Shown: positions 18,379 to 28,211, counted from the stretch's first letter. The stretch: 64,000 nucleotides of DNA from Bacteroidales bacterium (GCA_963682005.1 OY820914.1:605433-669432); one strand, 5' to 3'. Notes: generated by a model not told the origin, from the letters alone. Made by a program: numbers and translations.

Positions 18379-18837
18379 ATGGCACAAAGTAAAGTAACCA
18401 TTGGCGGTGAAATCGTCAAAACAAAGGGTGTTGAAGCGATCAAAGACTTGCAGGAAAACAGGACCATGATCGTGCAGAAACTGACACAGAATGCTCCTTC
18501 TAAGCCGGAAATAGTGGAAGGCCTGAAAAATATCGATGATGTGTTCGAAAATTTTAAACCTTCTGCCGAAGTTAATTTCAAGGATAAGGAAGGCTCAAAG
18601 GTTTCCGAAGAACTGAATTTTAAATCCCTTGCCGACTTCAGCCTTAAAGGACTGACTGATAACAGCAGTTTCCTGAGTGATCTGAAAATCCAATCAGAAA
18701 CCTTTCAGCAGGTCCTGCGTGAACTGAAAAACAATAATCGTCTTAAAAAAGCAATGACTGATGAAGGCGGTAAGGTAGCACTGGTCAAATCCCTTATGGC
18801 GTTGATCAAAGAACTTGAAGAAAACGAACGTGTTTAA
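18379..18837 (+). CDS. tssB: T6SS-iii sheath small subunit
   Basis: NRT.IVQKLT..AP.KPEIVEGL...VFENFKP...EELNF.SL.DF pattern of Bacteroidota TssB; lies just before tssC. Confidence 0.85.
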   Translation: MAQSKVTIGGEIVKTKGVEAIKDLQENRTMIVQKLTQNAPSKPEIVEGLKNIDDVFENFKPSAEVNFKDKEGSKVSEELNFKSLADFSLKGLTDNSSFLSDLKIQSETFQQVLRELKNNNRLKKAMTDEGGKVALVKSLMALIKELEENERV

Positions 18838-18855
18838 TTTATAAAATATACGATC

Positions 18856-20238
18856 ATGGAAGAACAGAAAGACGCCCGTCAGCAAGACGGTTTACAATAT
18901 AAGGAAAAAATCCAGAGTGAAATTGATTCCCAGACTCCTGCTGAGGTCCTGAAAGCCAGCCTGGAACAGCTCCAGTCTACGCTGAAGATGGAAAGCTTTG
19001 ATTTCATTGCTAATCTCGTTGAAGGGGCAGAGAACCTTAATCCCGAGAAAAAGGCCAGGAAGAAAATATTCCTTTCCGAAAGCACCCGGAAAAAAGAACG
19101 CAAAGACCTGAAGAATAAGCTTAAGCTTTGGGTTGACGTCCTTACTACGGAAGGAGATCTGTACAGTATGGTTGAATCAGCTGAAAAATCTTATGAAGAA
19201 ACCAAAAACCTTTACCAGGAAAACCTCTCCAATGCTGTTGAAACCGTAAAAGACCTTGAGCGTTCCTACAGGTCTGTCGCGCTTTTCTACCGTAATACGG
19301 AAGAGGACAAAACAAACTACATTTCGATCATGAATGCTTCCCTCGAACAGATCACCGATCCGGATGTGACTGCATTCCAGGATACGATCGAACGGGAGTT
19401 CAACAGCAAATACGACAGGCTCGACCTTTGCGAAAACTACAGCCTTCTTGTCATACCCGGATTCCTCGGAAGCAAGCAAAACATCGCCGAATGGGGACGC
19501 AGGGCCAACAAATACAGGGTCATGCTTGTCACCGACTACCGCGGCGATACGTTTGAAGAAGCCGGAGACCTTCTCGATATGATTGAATCAGACAAGCTGA
19601 GCGGCGGAGAAGATTACCTTTCAAACGTGCTGCTGACATGCAACTGGCTTGTAGGCAGGGAAAAACATGCCGAGATCAATGAGGAAGAACCTTTATACCT
19701 TCCGCCTTCAGCAGTATTGGCAGGAAGAATGTACACCACGTCGATCGCCCAGGTTGTCGCCGGAAAGAAATTCGGCGAACTCCTCGGTGTCCAGGGTACA
19801 ATGCTTCCGATGCTGAAAAGTGAGCTGAGCAAATTACGCGAAATGGGCGTCGTTCCCACCGTTGATGAATGGGGAAAGATCATGGCCTTCAGCGACAAAA
19901 CCCTTTATGATGGAGCCAACAAGAAATTCCAGACTTATTCCATCGTACGAGTCTATGACTACCTTTCAAAAGTACTTGTCGATTTCTGTAACCGAAGGGC
20001 ATTTGAGAATTTTGACGCAAAAACTGAACGTGAATTCAAAAATCAGATTACAACCTACCTTGAAGGTAAGAAGTGGGATGATAAGGTTATTGAGAATTAC
20101 GAAATTATTACACTGAAGAAAGTTGATGACAAGGTTGTAATTGACATTGCACTGGAACCAAAATATCCGGCAGTTAGTTTCAAAATTAACCTGGAAGCCG
20201 AGAAAGAAGGCGACCGTTATAATTTCAAAGCAAGTTAA
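18856..20238 (+). CDS. tssC: T6SS-iii sheath large subunit (DUF5458)
   Basis: LERSYRSVALFY.N, YDRLDL..NYSLLVIPGFLG, CNWLVGR and YSIVRVYDY motifs. Confidence 0.9.
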   Translation: MEEQKDARQQDGLQYKEKIQSEIDSQTPAEVLKASLEQLQSTLKMESFDFIANLVEGAENLNPEKKARKKIFLSESTRKKERKDLKNKLKLWVDVLTTEGDLYSMVESAEKSYEETKNLYQENLSNAVETVKDLERSYRSVALFYRNTEEDKTNYISIMNASLEQITDPDVTAFQDTIEREFNSKYDRLDLCENYSLLVIPGFLGSKQNIAEWGRRANKYRVMLVTDYRGDTFEEAGDLLDMIESDKLSGGEDYLSNVLLTCNWLVGREKHAEINEEEPLYLPPSAVLAGRMYTTSIAQVVAGKKFGELLGVQGTMLPMLKSELSKLREMGVVPTVDEWGKIMAFSDKTLYDGANKKFQTYSIVRVYDYLSKVLVDFCNRRAFENFDAKTEREFKNQITTYLEGKKWDDKVIENYEIITLKKVDDKVVIDIALEPKYPAVSFKINLEAEKEGDRYNFKAS

Positions 20239-20267
20239 CCTAATTATTAACCTTAAAATTAAACACT

Positions 20268-20660
20268 ATGGCATTCAAAGCAAAATTTGTTGTAGATGGG
20301 AAAGAATACCTCATTTTATCCTCTTCCTATCATTTTTATCAGGAAACGGACGTCACCGGGAGGCCATCTTCTGTAGCCAGAGGTGGTCAGATCACAGTAT
20401 CCGTTGAATCAAGTGATGACAATGACCTGGCTAAATGGATGGTCGACAGCTGGGGCCTTAAAGGCGGTAGTCTCAAGTTTTTCAAACGCGACAGCGAATC
20501 GGCTATCATGAAACAGGTTGATTTTGAAGATGCTTACCTGGTAAGCTACGATGAAACCTATTCACATGAAACGACGATGCCAATGGTTATTACCATTACC
20601 CTGTCCGCCAAGAAAATTAAAATTGGCGATGCAAGTCACGAAAATGAATGGATCAAGTGA
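20268..20660 (+). CDS. tssD: T6SS-iii tube protein Hcp (copy 1)
   Basis: MAFKAK...F.Q.TD.TGRPSS..RGG.I...VES...W pattern. Confidence 0.92.
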   Translation: MAFKAKFVVDGKEYLILSSSYHFYQETDVTGRPSSVARGGQITVSVESSDDNDLAKWMVDSWGLKGGSLKFFKRDSESAIMKQVDFEDAYLVSYDETYSHETTMPMVITITLSAKKIKIGDASHENEWIK

Positions 20661-20666
20661 TTTTTC

Positions 20667-20717
20667 GGGGTTGACGAAAACTGGTATGACCAGGAATCTC
20701 CATTTTTCGTCAACCCC
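20667..20717 (+). promoter_or_regulatory. Long stem-loop between the two hcp genes
   Basis: Perfect 14-bp inverted repeat GGGGTTGACGAAAA / TTTTCGTCAACCCC with an inner CTGGT/ACCAG stem. Confidence 0.7.
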
Positions 20718-20737
20718 TAATTTTAAACTTACGGACG

Positions 20738-21139
20738 ATGACATTTAAAGCAGAATTAAAATTCAATGACAGTAAGACCCCCTATACTGTAATTGAATGT
20801 GATTATGTATTCACACAGGAAATAGACATTACCCATAAACCTTCAGCCAGGCCGAAGGCAGGGATTGTAAACATTGTCGTCGAAACAAGGTCCGACCCCG
20901 AGCTGATCCAGTGGATGCTTGGCACCGGGAATGTGCGCAGCGGTGAGATCTCCTTTTTCCAGGACGATGCAGCACAGAAAAAACTGAAATCATTATCATT
21001 CAAAGAAGCCATCTGCATCAAATTCTTTGAAAAATTCATACACTCTTCCGAAACACCGATGCTTACATCCATCAGCTTTGTCGCCAAGGAACTTTCCCTT
21101 GATGGTGTGAATTACTCGACACAATGGACTAATTTTTAA
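20738..21139 (+). CDS. tssD: T6SS-iii tube protein Hcp (copy 2, divergent)
   Basis: MTFKAEL...C.Y.F.Q.ID...KPS.RP.AG...W; same family as 20268..20660. Confidence 0.88.
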   Translation: MTFKAELKFNDSKTPYTVIECDYVFTQEIDITHKPSARPKAGIVNIVVETRSDPELIQWMLGTGNVRSGEISFFQDDAAQKKLKSLSFKEAICIKFFEKFIHSSETPMLTSISFVAKELSLDGVNYSTQWTNF

Positions 21140-21150
21140 AACGTACACCC

Positions 21151-23001
21151 ATGGCAACCGCTGTTGAGGCAAAAATCACCGTGGACGGAAACAAACTGGA
21201 TGGATTTATCAGCCTTTCCGTTCGTCAGAATATTTTCCTGCACAACACCTTCGATCTCTATACCAGGAGCGATGCACTTGAACGGTTCTCCTCCTCTGCA
21301 GATACCTTCGTGGTCGATAAAGCCCAGAAACTGATCGGGAAAAAGATCACCATTGAACTGACACCCGATACATCGAAATCAAAATCGAAAAGTGCAGTCA
21401 TTTTCAAAGGAGTTATCCTTGAAGTACAGGGTATAAAATACCAGGATGCTTATAGCGGATCCATTTTATTTCGCGGTTCAAGCATGGATATCAACCACGA
21501 TTCCACAACCTATTGCCGTTCCTTTAAAGATAAATCCATTGATGATATTGTCAAACAGGTATCCTCGGATTATCCTTCCAACCTGTTCTCCAAAACCAGC
21601 ATCTCATCACGTTACAAGGAAGTGCTCCCCTATGTTGTTCAGTATAATGAAACCAATTTTGAGTTTATCCGCCGCCTGGCAAAAATGTACGGGGAATGGT
21701 TCCTTGTGACCGGCGAAAATCAATTCTTCTTTGGCGATCCGCCCGAAAATAAAACCCAGCTTCTCCATGGATTGGATCTCCACGAATTCTCTTTCTCGAT
21801 GAAAATGGCTCCTGTTAAATTCACCTATACGAACTACAGCTATTTCAAGGAAGAGACCATAGAAAAGAATTCAAGTGCGGCCCAGCCCCGCACAGATAAT
21901 TACATGAAGCAAAGCCTGAATGCTTCCGATGATCTTTATACGGTTGAAGAAAAATACCATCACAATTTCCCGCTGTCGAAAGACCACCCCGACTCTGACG
22001 TGGAAAATGCAGTGAAGACCGGGAAAAAGTCCCGTGTTGCAGGACTGAACCTGGCTACAGGAACCACTGACAATCATACTCTGTCACTCGGATGCATTGT
22101 TAAAATAGAAGGATTGGGATCAACCGGTGCCTCCGGCAGCAAGATCAATTTTGGGGAATACCGGATCATTTCCCTCTTTCACACGTGTGATGAAGCCGGG
22201 AATTATACCAATCACTTCGAAGCAGTACCTGTAACAGTGGAAGTCCCGCCACAGACGAATCCTTTTGATTTTCCGCATTGCGGAACCCAGGGTGCCGTTG
22301 TCATCGATACAAACGACCCGGAAGGCATGGGCCGGATAAAAGTGCGGTTTTTCTGGCAGGCCAGCAGTGAAGAGTCTCCCTGGCTGAGAGTTATTACACC
22401 CTACGCAGGCAAAAATAAAGGAGTCTTTTTTATTCCCGAGATCGGTGAAGAAGTACTTGTCGGATTTGAAAATCAGAATGCAGATAACCCATACATCATC
22501 GGCTCTCATTTTAATGGAAAGAAGAAACCGGATGACTGGAAAAGCGACAAGAATATAAAGAAAGGCATCCGGACCAACAGCGGCCACACCATCGAATTCA
22601 ACGACGACAACGGAAAAGAAGAGATCACCATCTACGATAAAGACAACGTCAATACGATTGTCCTGTCAAGTCATGGCAAGGTGATGACCATCACATGCAA
22701 GGGCGATCTTAAGATTGAAGCAGAAAATATTGATATTACTGCACATAAGGATTACACCCTGAAGGTTGATGGCAAGATCGACATTTCCTCTACAAAAGAC
22801 ACAGAGATCAAAGCCACCGGAAAATGCACAATTAAAACCAACCAGGATATGTCACTGGAAGCCATGTCGAACCTCAAAGCCAAGGCAAATGCAAGCGCCG
22901 AGATTTCCGGTGCAACCGTTGCCGCGAAGGGGTCGGGAACGGCTGAATTATCCGCAGGTGGCTCTACAACCGTCAAAGGAGCCATAGTTCAGATCAACTA
23001 A
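21151..23001 (+). CDS. tssI: VgrG spike protein without a C-terminal toxin extension
   Basis: VQYNETNFEFIRRLA..YGEW, DPEGMGRIKVRF.W, PW.RV.TP.AG, FIPEIGEEVLVGFE and a beta-helix tail ending KGAIVQIN. Confidence 0.93.
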   Translation: MATAVEAKITVDGNKLDGFISLSVRQNIFLHNTFDLYTRSDALERFSSSADTFVVDKAQKLIGKKITIELTPDTSKSKSKSAVIFKGVILEVQGIKYQDAYSGSILFRGSSMDINHDSTTYCRSFKDKSIDDIVKQVSSDYPSNLFSKTSISSRYKEVLPYVVQYNETNFEFIRRLAKMYGEWFLVTGENQFFFGDPPENKTQLLHGLDLHEFSFSMKMAPVKFTYTNYSYFKEETIEKNSSAAQPRTDNYMKQSLNASDDLYTVEEKYHHNFPLSKDHPDSDVENAVKTGKKSRVAGLNLATGTTDNHTLSLGCIVKIEGLGSTGASGSKINFGEYRIISLFHTCDEAGNYTNHFEAVPVTVEVPPQTNPFDFPHCGTQGAVVIDTNDPEGMGRIKVRFFWQASSEESPWLRVITPYAGKNKGVFFIPEIGEEVLVGFENQNADNPYIIGSHFNGKKKPDDWKSDKNIKKGIRTNSGHTIEFNDDNGKEEITIYDKDNVNTIVLSSHGKVMTITCKGDLKIEAENIDITAHKDYTLKVDGKIDISSTKDTEIKATGKCTIKTNQDMSLEAMSNLKAKANASAEISGATVAAKGSGTAELSAGGSTTVKGAIVQIN

Positions 23002-23010
23002 ACAATCAGC

Positions 23011-23481
23011 ATGGGAAAGCCTGCTGCAAGGATCGGTGACATGCATACATGTCCGATGGTGACACCGGGCATGCCACCCGTACCCCATGTTGGCGGACCC
23101 ATAACCGGACCCGGCACTCCCACTGTACTTATTGGAGGAATGCCTGCCGCCGTGATGGGCGACATGTGTACGTGCGTTGGGCCACCCGACACGATTATTA
23201 TGGGCTCTACAGGGGTCATGATCGGAGGGAAACCGGCAGCACGAATGGGAGATCCTACAGTTCACGGCGGCATGATCGCGCTCGGATGTCCGACAGTTTT
23301 GATCGGTGAAATTATGCCAGGGTCTGTCACTCAACCAATATCACCTATTATATTGAATGCAATTCGAAATTTACCCAACGAAACTGCAGTCAAAGCAGCC
23401 CAGCTTGGCACTCTGAAGGAGGCGGCAAAAAATGGAATTCCTTTTTGCGAGAAATGCGCATTAGCCATCATGAAAGGATAG
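23011..23481 (+). CDS. PAAR spike-tip protein 1 with C-terminal PFCEKC extension
   Basis: PAARIGDMHTCP, PAAVMGD and PAARMGD motifs. Confidence 0.93.
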   Translation: MGKPAARIGDMHTCPMVTPGMPPVPHVGGPITGPGTPTVLIGGMPAAVMGDMCTCVGPPDTIIMGSTGVMIGGKPAARMGDPTVHGGMIALGCPTVLIGEIMPGSVTQPISPIILNAIRNLPNETAVKAAQLGTLKEAAKNGIPFCEKCALAIMKG

Positions 23482-23539
23482 CAAAACAAGTATTTCAAAT
23501 TCAGAAAACAAAAGTTAATCATTAACGAAGCTAAGACAA

Positions 23540-23956
23540 ATGCTAAGGATTCGTGAAAATCAATTTGAAGCTTTCTTACCAGTAAATGATCGGAAAATTA
23601 CTGACTTTATTATAAATCATTTAATAAAAGAAAGTCAAGATCTCATTGATAGAATTCCATATGATTCCTTAAAAGTTATGGTAACTAATGGAATCGCACG
23701 AGCAAAAAAATATAATCTTAGTTCTCTAGCTGATATAGCAGGATTTGTAAGTATAATGTTTGAGATTGCACCGAATTTTGATGAAATACCCGAAATCCAA
23801 TATGCATTAACAGATGAAAGTATACCACAAAATAAGCGTTTTTCACAGTTGTTCGAAAGAAGATTCGATAGTGCTTGGGAACTTGCTGCCGATTTAAATG
23901 ATGATAGTGCCAGAGCGTCAGCGTGGTTCCCGGAACTTTTAACTGAAGAAGAATAA
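23540..23956 (+). CDS. Putative effector adaptor/co-chaperone
   Basis: ML.IR..QF.AF...RA..Y.L...F...MF...P.FD resembles the helical domain often appended to DUF4123 chaperones; sits between PAAR and the toxin. Confidence 0.5.
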   Translation: MLRIRENQFEAFLPVNDRKITDFIINHLIKESQDLIDRIPYDSLKVMVTNGIARAKKYNLSSLADIAGFVSIMFEIAPNFDEIPEIQYALTDESIPQNKRFSQLFERRFDSAWELAADLNDDSARASAWFPELLTEEE

Positions 23957-23961
23957 CCTTT

Positions 23962-24846
23962 ATGGGCAAAGAATTAATTACCAACTCGCCTGAGATTCAG
24001 AGAATAGAGAAAAACATCCTCTCATTAAATAAGGATCTGGCATTTCAACTAGCTCAAACTACAGTTGATACTGCTGGCATTTTTGATCCATCACCAGTTT
24101 CTGATATAATTGGTGCAGGAATGAGCCTTTATTCAGGTGACATTGTTGGAACAGGGTTATCATTAATATCAATAATCCCTTATGCTGGGGATGCAATTGG
24201 GAAAACATCAAAAGGAGCTCGCGTTTTAAAGAAAATAAAGGCTCTTAAAAACCGTATTGAATCTGCAGTTTCTGCTTTAAATTTAGCTAAAAAATTGGCC
24301 CGAAAAAAAGCTACAGCAGCAGTTAGGGCTAAACGAAAGGCAGAAGCAGCAAAAAATGCAGCAAACGAATTGAAATGTAAAAATTGTGATCTTATTGGAG
24401 GTAAAAAATTCGGTTCCCAATCACCTTTAGAAGGAAGTAATGGGAGTTGGAAGGGAGGAGAAAGAGCAAATTCAAATTGGTACCCAGATCCAAAAACGGA
24501 AACCGGGCAAGAGGTTTTAAAAGCTACAGGTGGCAAACCAATTAATTTTAAGGAAGGATACCCTGATTTTTCTCCTTATGCAATGGATATAGGTGGAGGG
24601 AAAAAAGCACGATTTGAAATAGAAATGCAGGGAAATACAACAAGTGACATGAAAAATGCTAGAGATGCGATGAGAAGAGAATTAAAGGATCCAAATTGGC
24701 CGGGTGTTAAAGGAAGAAATGCTCCAGAAGGCTGGACATGGCATCACAATGAAGATGGAATAACAATGGAACTTATACCATCAGATCTTAATAATAATAT
24801 CCCACATTCTGGTGGGGAATCTTTAGTCAATGATCCAGGATTTTAA
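23962..24846 (+). CDS. T6SS nuclease effector: pre-toxin helical domain plus WHH (HNH/EndoVII) nuclease
   Basis: N-terminal D.AGI.DP.P.SD...SL..IIPY.GD.IGK; C-terminal GYPDFSPY...GWTWHHNED...MELIP...HSGG. Confidence 0.85.
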   Translation: MGKELITNSPEIQRIEKNILSLNKDLAFQLAQTTVDTAGIFDPSPVSDIIGAGMSLYSGDIVGTGLSLISIIPYAGDAIGKTSKGARVLKKIKALKNRIESAVSALNLAKKLARKKATAAVRAKRKAEAAKNAANELKCKNCDLIGGKKFGSQSPLEGSNGSWKGGERANSNWYPDPKTETGQEVLKATGGKPINFKEGYPDFSPYAMDIGGGKKARFEIEMQGNTTSDMKNARDAMRRELKDPNWPGVKGRNAPEGWTWHHNEDGITMELIPSDLNNNIPHSGGESLVNDPGF

Positions 24847-24858
24847 TTTGGAAAATCT

Positions 24859-25335
24859 ATGAAATTAGAAATGCTCTCAATTGGGCCACCACTTACTTCA
24901 GAACAAATACTTGCTGTCGAGAAAGTAATTAAAGAAAAATTACCACCGGAGTATAAGGAATTCCTACTTCAATATAACGGCGGGGCTCCTTATCCAAATT
25001 GGTTTAAAATCCAGTGGGAGGGGCAATATTGGGCTCTTGGGCAGGAGTTTGGAATTATCGAATATTTTCTTTCAATTTATGCAGATCGGCCTGCTGAATT
25101 TTTTCACTACTATAAAATATTTAATGGCCGAATTCCAAGTGATACAATTGCTATTGGTTTCGACCCTGGTGGAAATCTGATATTACTCGGAAAAGGTAAA
25201 GCAAATTATGGGAAAGTTTTTTTCTGGATGCATAGCTATGAGACTAATGAAGAAATGGAGTCCGATTACAGCAATGTAGGGTTCATTGCTAATAGCTTTA
25301 ATGAATTTATTGATTCACTATTCCCAGAATTATGA
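24859..25335 (+). CDS. SMI1/KNR4 (SUKH) immunity protein
   Basis: LPPEYKEFLLQYNGG, IG.DPGGN, YGKVFFW.H and IANSF.EFIDSL; directly after the nuclease. Confidence 0.9.
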   Translation: MKLEMLSIGPPLTSEQILAVEKVIKEKLPPEYKEFLLQYNGGAPYPNWFKIQWEGQYWALGQEFGIIEYFLSIYADRPAEFFHYYKIFNGRIPSDTIAIGFDPGGNLILLGKGKANYGKVFFWMHSYETNEEMESDYSNVGFIANSFNEFIDSLFPEL

Positions 25336-26111
25336 TGTCCAGAATTTTCGAGATAGTAAAGCCTGTTTATATCGAGAACTGGAATGCAAGTTTAAAAGAA
25401 TTAACTATTTCACAAACAGACATCCCACTCTCTTTTGATGAAACCCTTGCCTTAGGACAGGCAAATAAAGATTTCAGTAAATGGTTTTGGGGTGGTCCAG
25501 TTGGATCGCTCGATAATCTTAGAAATAGAATTAATGAAGCCTTGAAATATTACCCGGATGGTGCATTTGTGCGTTTGGGATCACGTAGTGGTAAGGATTC
25601 AAGCTATGCTTCAAACCATGGCTTAAAAATTACTGATGGTAATGCCGCTGTCAGAATGTTAACGGAAGACACTTATAGGATAGCCTATGATTTGCGTTTA
25701 GCCTTGCAAAATAATTATTTGCCACATGTTTTTATTCGACAGTGGTATGAAATACCTCCTTGGGCCGAATTCCGATGTTTTATGAAAAACGGTAATCTAT
25801 TGGGTATTTCTCAATATAATTGTAAGGACACGAATCAGTTTCCCCAAATTTGTCAGTATGAAGAAAAATTAAAGAGCGCTATTTTTACCTTTTTTGAGGA
25901 GTTTAAAAGTAAAGTCAGATTAAATGAGGTTATATTCGATGTTTTTGTATTACTCAGTGAATTAAACAGCAACATTTCTGTAAATGTAATACTTTTGGAG
26001 TTGAACCCTTTTTTTTCTAAGACCGACCCATGTTTATTTACTTGGTCAAATAATGGAGATTTTGATGGATCCTTTCGCTATATTAAATGCTTGTCTAAAA
26101 AACATGGTTAA
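25332..26111 (+). CDS. CDC123/R2K-clade ATP-grasp protein
   Basis: FVRLGSRSGKDS, IRQW, EFRCF, GISQY, FDV and LLELNPF...DPCLF.W motifs of the D123/CDC123 family. Confidence 0.78.
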   Translation: MMSRIFEIVKPVYIENWNASLKELTISQTDIPLSFDETLALGQANKDFSKWFWGGPVGSLDNLRNRINEALKYYPDGAFVRLGSRSGKDSSYASNHGLKITDGNAAVRMLTEDTYRIAYDLRLALQNNYLPHVFIRQWYEIPPWAEFRCFMKNGNLLGISQYNCKDTNQFPQICQYEEKLKSAIFTFFEEFKSKVRLNEVIFDVFVLLSELNSNISVNVILLELNPFFSKTDPCLFTWSNNGDFDGSFRYIKCLSKKHG

Positions 26112-26245
26112 CAACAATTTAATTCAAAATGAGTATTAGTCATGCTATAAAAGTTATCTACGTTAACACATAATCGTAAGAATTTGGGAAATTTTTTTAT
26201 GTAGAAATTGTTCAAGAATATATTTCCCCCCATATTAATAATAAA

Positions 26246-26785
26246 ATGACCCATTTGATCCAGTATATCATACTCGACGCAGCCCGCATGGAATCCGAAA
26301 TTGACAGGGCCAAAGAGATGAACCCCTGTTTCGTTTCCCTGTATCGTGGCGAACCCGAAGAGAATTTAGCTTCTGTTGCACCGTATTTATTCACTGCTGA
26401 AAGAAACTCAGACTTTGAACATTGGTACTTCGAAAAAGGCTGGGGCGATTCATGGGGTATCCTGGTTCATTCACAGGAGAACATGAAAAAACTCCACAAG
26501 CATTTCAGAAGGTTCCTGATGGTTAAAACCGAAGATGGCGAAGAACTCTATTTCCGCTTCTATGATCCCAGGGTGCTCAGGATCTTTCTCCCCACATGTG
26601 ACAACGCACAACTCAAAGAGTTTTTTGGCCCGGTCGATTGTTTCATCTGTGAAGACGAAAACCCCGATTTTGGAATTCTTTTCTCATTAAAAGATGGAGT
26701 GCTTATGACTGAAAAAATCTCAAAGGAACAAGTAATGGCTTATGAACTACCCAAGAAGCTTAAACGATTCTCCTTCTTTGGCTGA
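26246..26785 (+). CDS. DUF4123 T6SS effector chaperone (TEC)
   Basis: YIILDAAR, SLY.G...VAPYL, WG.SWG, HFR.FL.V and FRFYDPRVLR. Confidence 0.9.
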   Translation: MTHLIQYIILDAARMESEIDRAKEMNPCFVSLYRGEPEENLASVAPYLFTAERNSDFEHWYFEKGWGDSWGILVHSQENMKKLHKHFRRFLMVKTEDGEELYFRFYDPRVLRIFLPTCDNAQLKEFFGPVDCFICEDENPDFGILFSLKDGVLMTEKISKEQVMAYELPKKLKRFSFFG

Positions 26786-26861
26786 TTTGATCAAAGCTAC
26801 TGTTCATTCCCCAGGTTTCATCCTTCATTTCTCCCAATATATCCGTTCATTTAGTTATTCA

Positions 26862-26938
26862 GTGTACACCTTTTGTATAGATTGGTGTACACTACCCATA
26901 TATAATAGTGTACACTATTTTTTTTCAACAGTGTACAC
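26862..26938. repeat. Four GTGTACAC palindromes at an exact 23-bp period
   Basis: Copies start at 26862, 26885, 26908 and 26931. Copies 3 and 4 extend to perfect 16-bp palindromes. Confidence 0.85.
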
Positions 26939-26998
26939 TGTTTGATCGAATTCAAAGGGCATTTACACTGAATGAACAGAACAAGCTGGTCGATCTGA

Positions 26999-27388
26999 CT
27001 ATCTTTTCCCCGATTTCTCTACATCTATCAGGTTTATCTTCTGCCTGAATTCTTTTCCGGGCCGGTAAATCAGCTTCTTCCCTTTGACCTTGTGCATGGT
27101 CACATCCTTTGCATTCTTGCACCCCTCCCCCTTCAGCATGATCCGGAAGGTGCCGAATTCACGCAGATCTACAATGCACCCGTCACTCAGAAAGTGGTGG
27201 AGGCCGTCCATGAGGGCACTAAGGGAAGCAACAACATTGGTCCGACCTACGTGTGTAGTGTCGGCAATATATTCAGCAACCTCTTTCAGGCTGATTTTCT
27301 TTGCGGGAACCTGTGTCGCATAATACAATCCCGGCTCATCGGGCTTAAACGGATTCTTGATTTGAAGTGGTCTGAATTCTATACTCAT
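26999..27388 (-). CDS. Bacteroidota HU-family (HU-HIG-like) DNA-binding protein
   Basis: KNP..P....YYA...L..G..V.L..FGTFR...YRPGKEF pattern. Confidence 0.85.
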   Translation of the reverse strand: MSIEFRPLQIKNPFKPDEPGLYYATQVPAKKISLKEVAEYIADTTHVGRTNVVASLSALMDGLHHFLSDGCIVDLREFGTFRIMLKGEGCKNAKDVTMHKVKGKKLIYRPGKEFRQKINLIDVEKSGKR

Positions 27389-27551
27389 ATCAGTTTGGTT
27401 TTCTTACGAAAATAGGGAATTATAGCCATCCTATAAAACTTTTTTCCTGAACCAATATTAACCCCTGAATTCTATCTTTTTTTATACCTTTACATAGGTT
27501 ATAACCAACATATTTATTCGATTTCTATGTTTAATTCTGATTTTTATATAT

Positions 27552-28211
27552 ATGGGTAAACCAGCAGCACGAATCGGCGACATGCATACCTGCCCGATGG
27601 TTACGCCGGGTACCCCGCCCGTGCCGCATGTCGGCGGACCGGTAATGGGAGCCTGCGTGCCAACCGTATTGATCGGAGGCATGCCGGCAGCCGTAATGGG
27701 AGATATGTGTACGTGCGTCGGACCTCCTGATTCGATCATGCTGGGGTCAACGGGCGTTTTTATCGGGGGAAAACCGGCCGCTCGGATGGGCGACACAACA
27801 GCTCATGGTGGTGTTATAACACTTGGCTGCCCCACTGTTCTGATCGGAGAGACCATGCCCAGCGCCTCAGCCCCCGGCGTGATGCCAATCATAGCAATGC
27901 CGGCAGCCGTTCAAGCCGGGATGCAGGCCGCCATGAAACAGAGTGCTGCCTTTGCCACAAAAGCAGCACGAATTGAAGCATTGACCCAGGGAGCTCAAAC
28001 CGGGGCTGAAAAGGTCCATGGTCATAACGACCAGGAATGCAAGGTTCAATACAAAGTCACTGACAAGAATGGGAACCCGGCAAAAAATGTGAAATACGAA
28101 ATTCAGACATCCGATGGTAAAATTGTAAAAGGAAAAACGGATAAAGGAGGGATGACCCAAACTTTATCAGGATATACCGAAGGAATGTGCTCAATATCAT
28201 TCATTGATTAA
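27552..28211 (+). CDS. PAAR spike-tip protein 2 with a C-terminal TTR-like/beta-sandwich extension
   Basis: First ~100 aa are nearly identical to PAAR1; tail D..G.P..NV.Y.I...DG....G.TD..G.T. Confidence 0.9.
   Translation: MGKPAARIGDMHTCPMVTPGTPPVPHVGGPVMGACVPTVLIGGMPAAVMGDMCTCVGPPDSIMLGSTGVFIGGKPAARMGDTTAHGGVITLGCPTVLIGETMPSASAPGVMPIIAMPAAVQAGMQAAMKQSAAFATKAARIEALTQGAQTGAEKVHGHNDQECKVQYKVTDKNGNPAKNVKYEIQTSDGKIVKGKTDKGGMTQTLSGYTEGMCSISFID

Noticed and set aside
18379-23481. Prophage tail or extracellular contractile injection system
   Set aside because: No capsid, terminase, integrase or tape-measure gene; ClpV, TssN, TssO and TssR indicate a cell-anchored T6SS-iii.
26862-26938. CRISPR array
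   Set aside because: Repeats are only 8 bp with 15-nt spacers, far below CRISPR dimensions, and there are no cas genes in the window.
27482-27796. Similar antisense ORFs at 22998..23219 and 27482..27796 suggesting a gene family
   Set aside because: The similarity only mirrors the duplicated PAAR genes on the plus strand.
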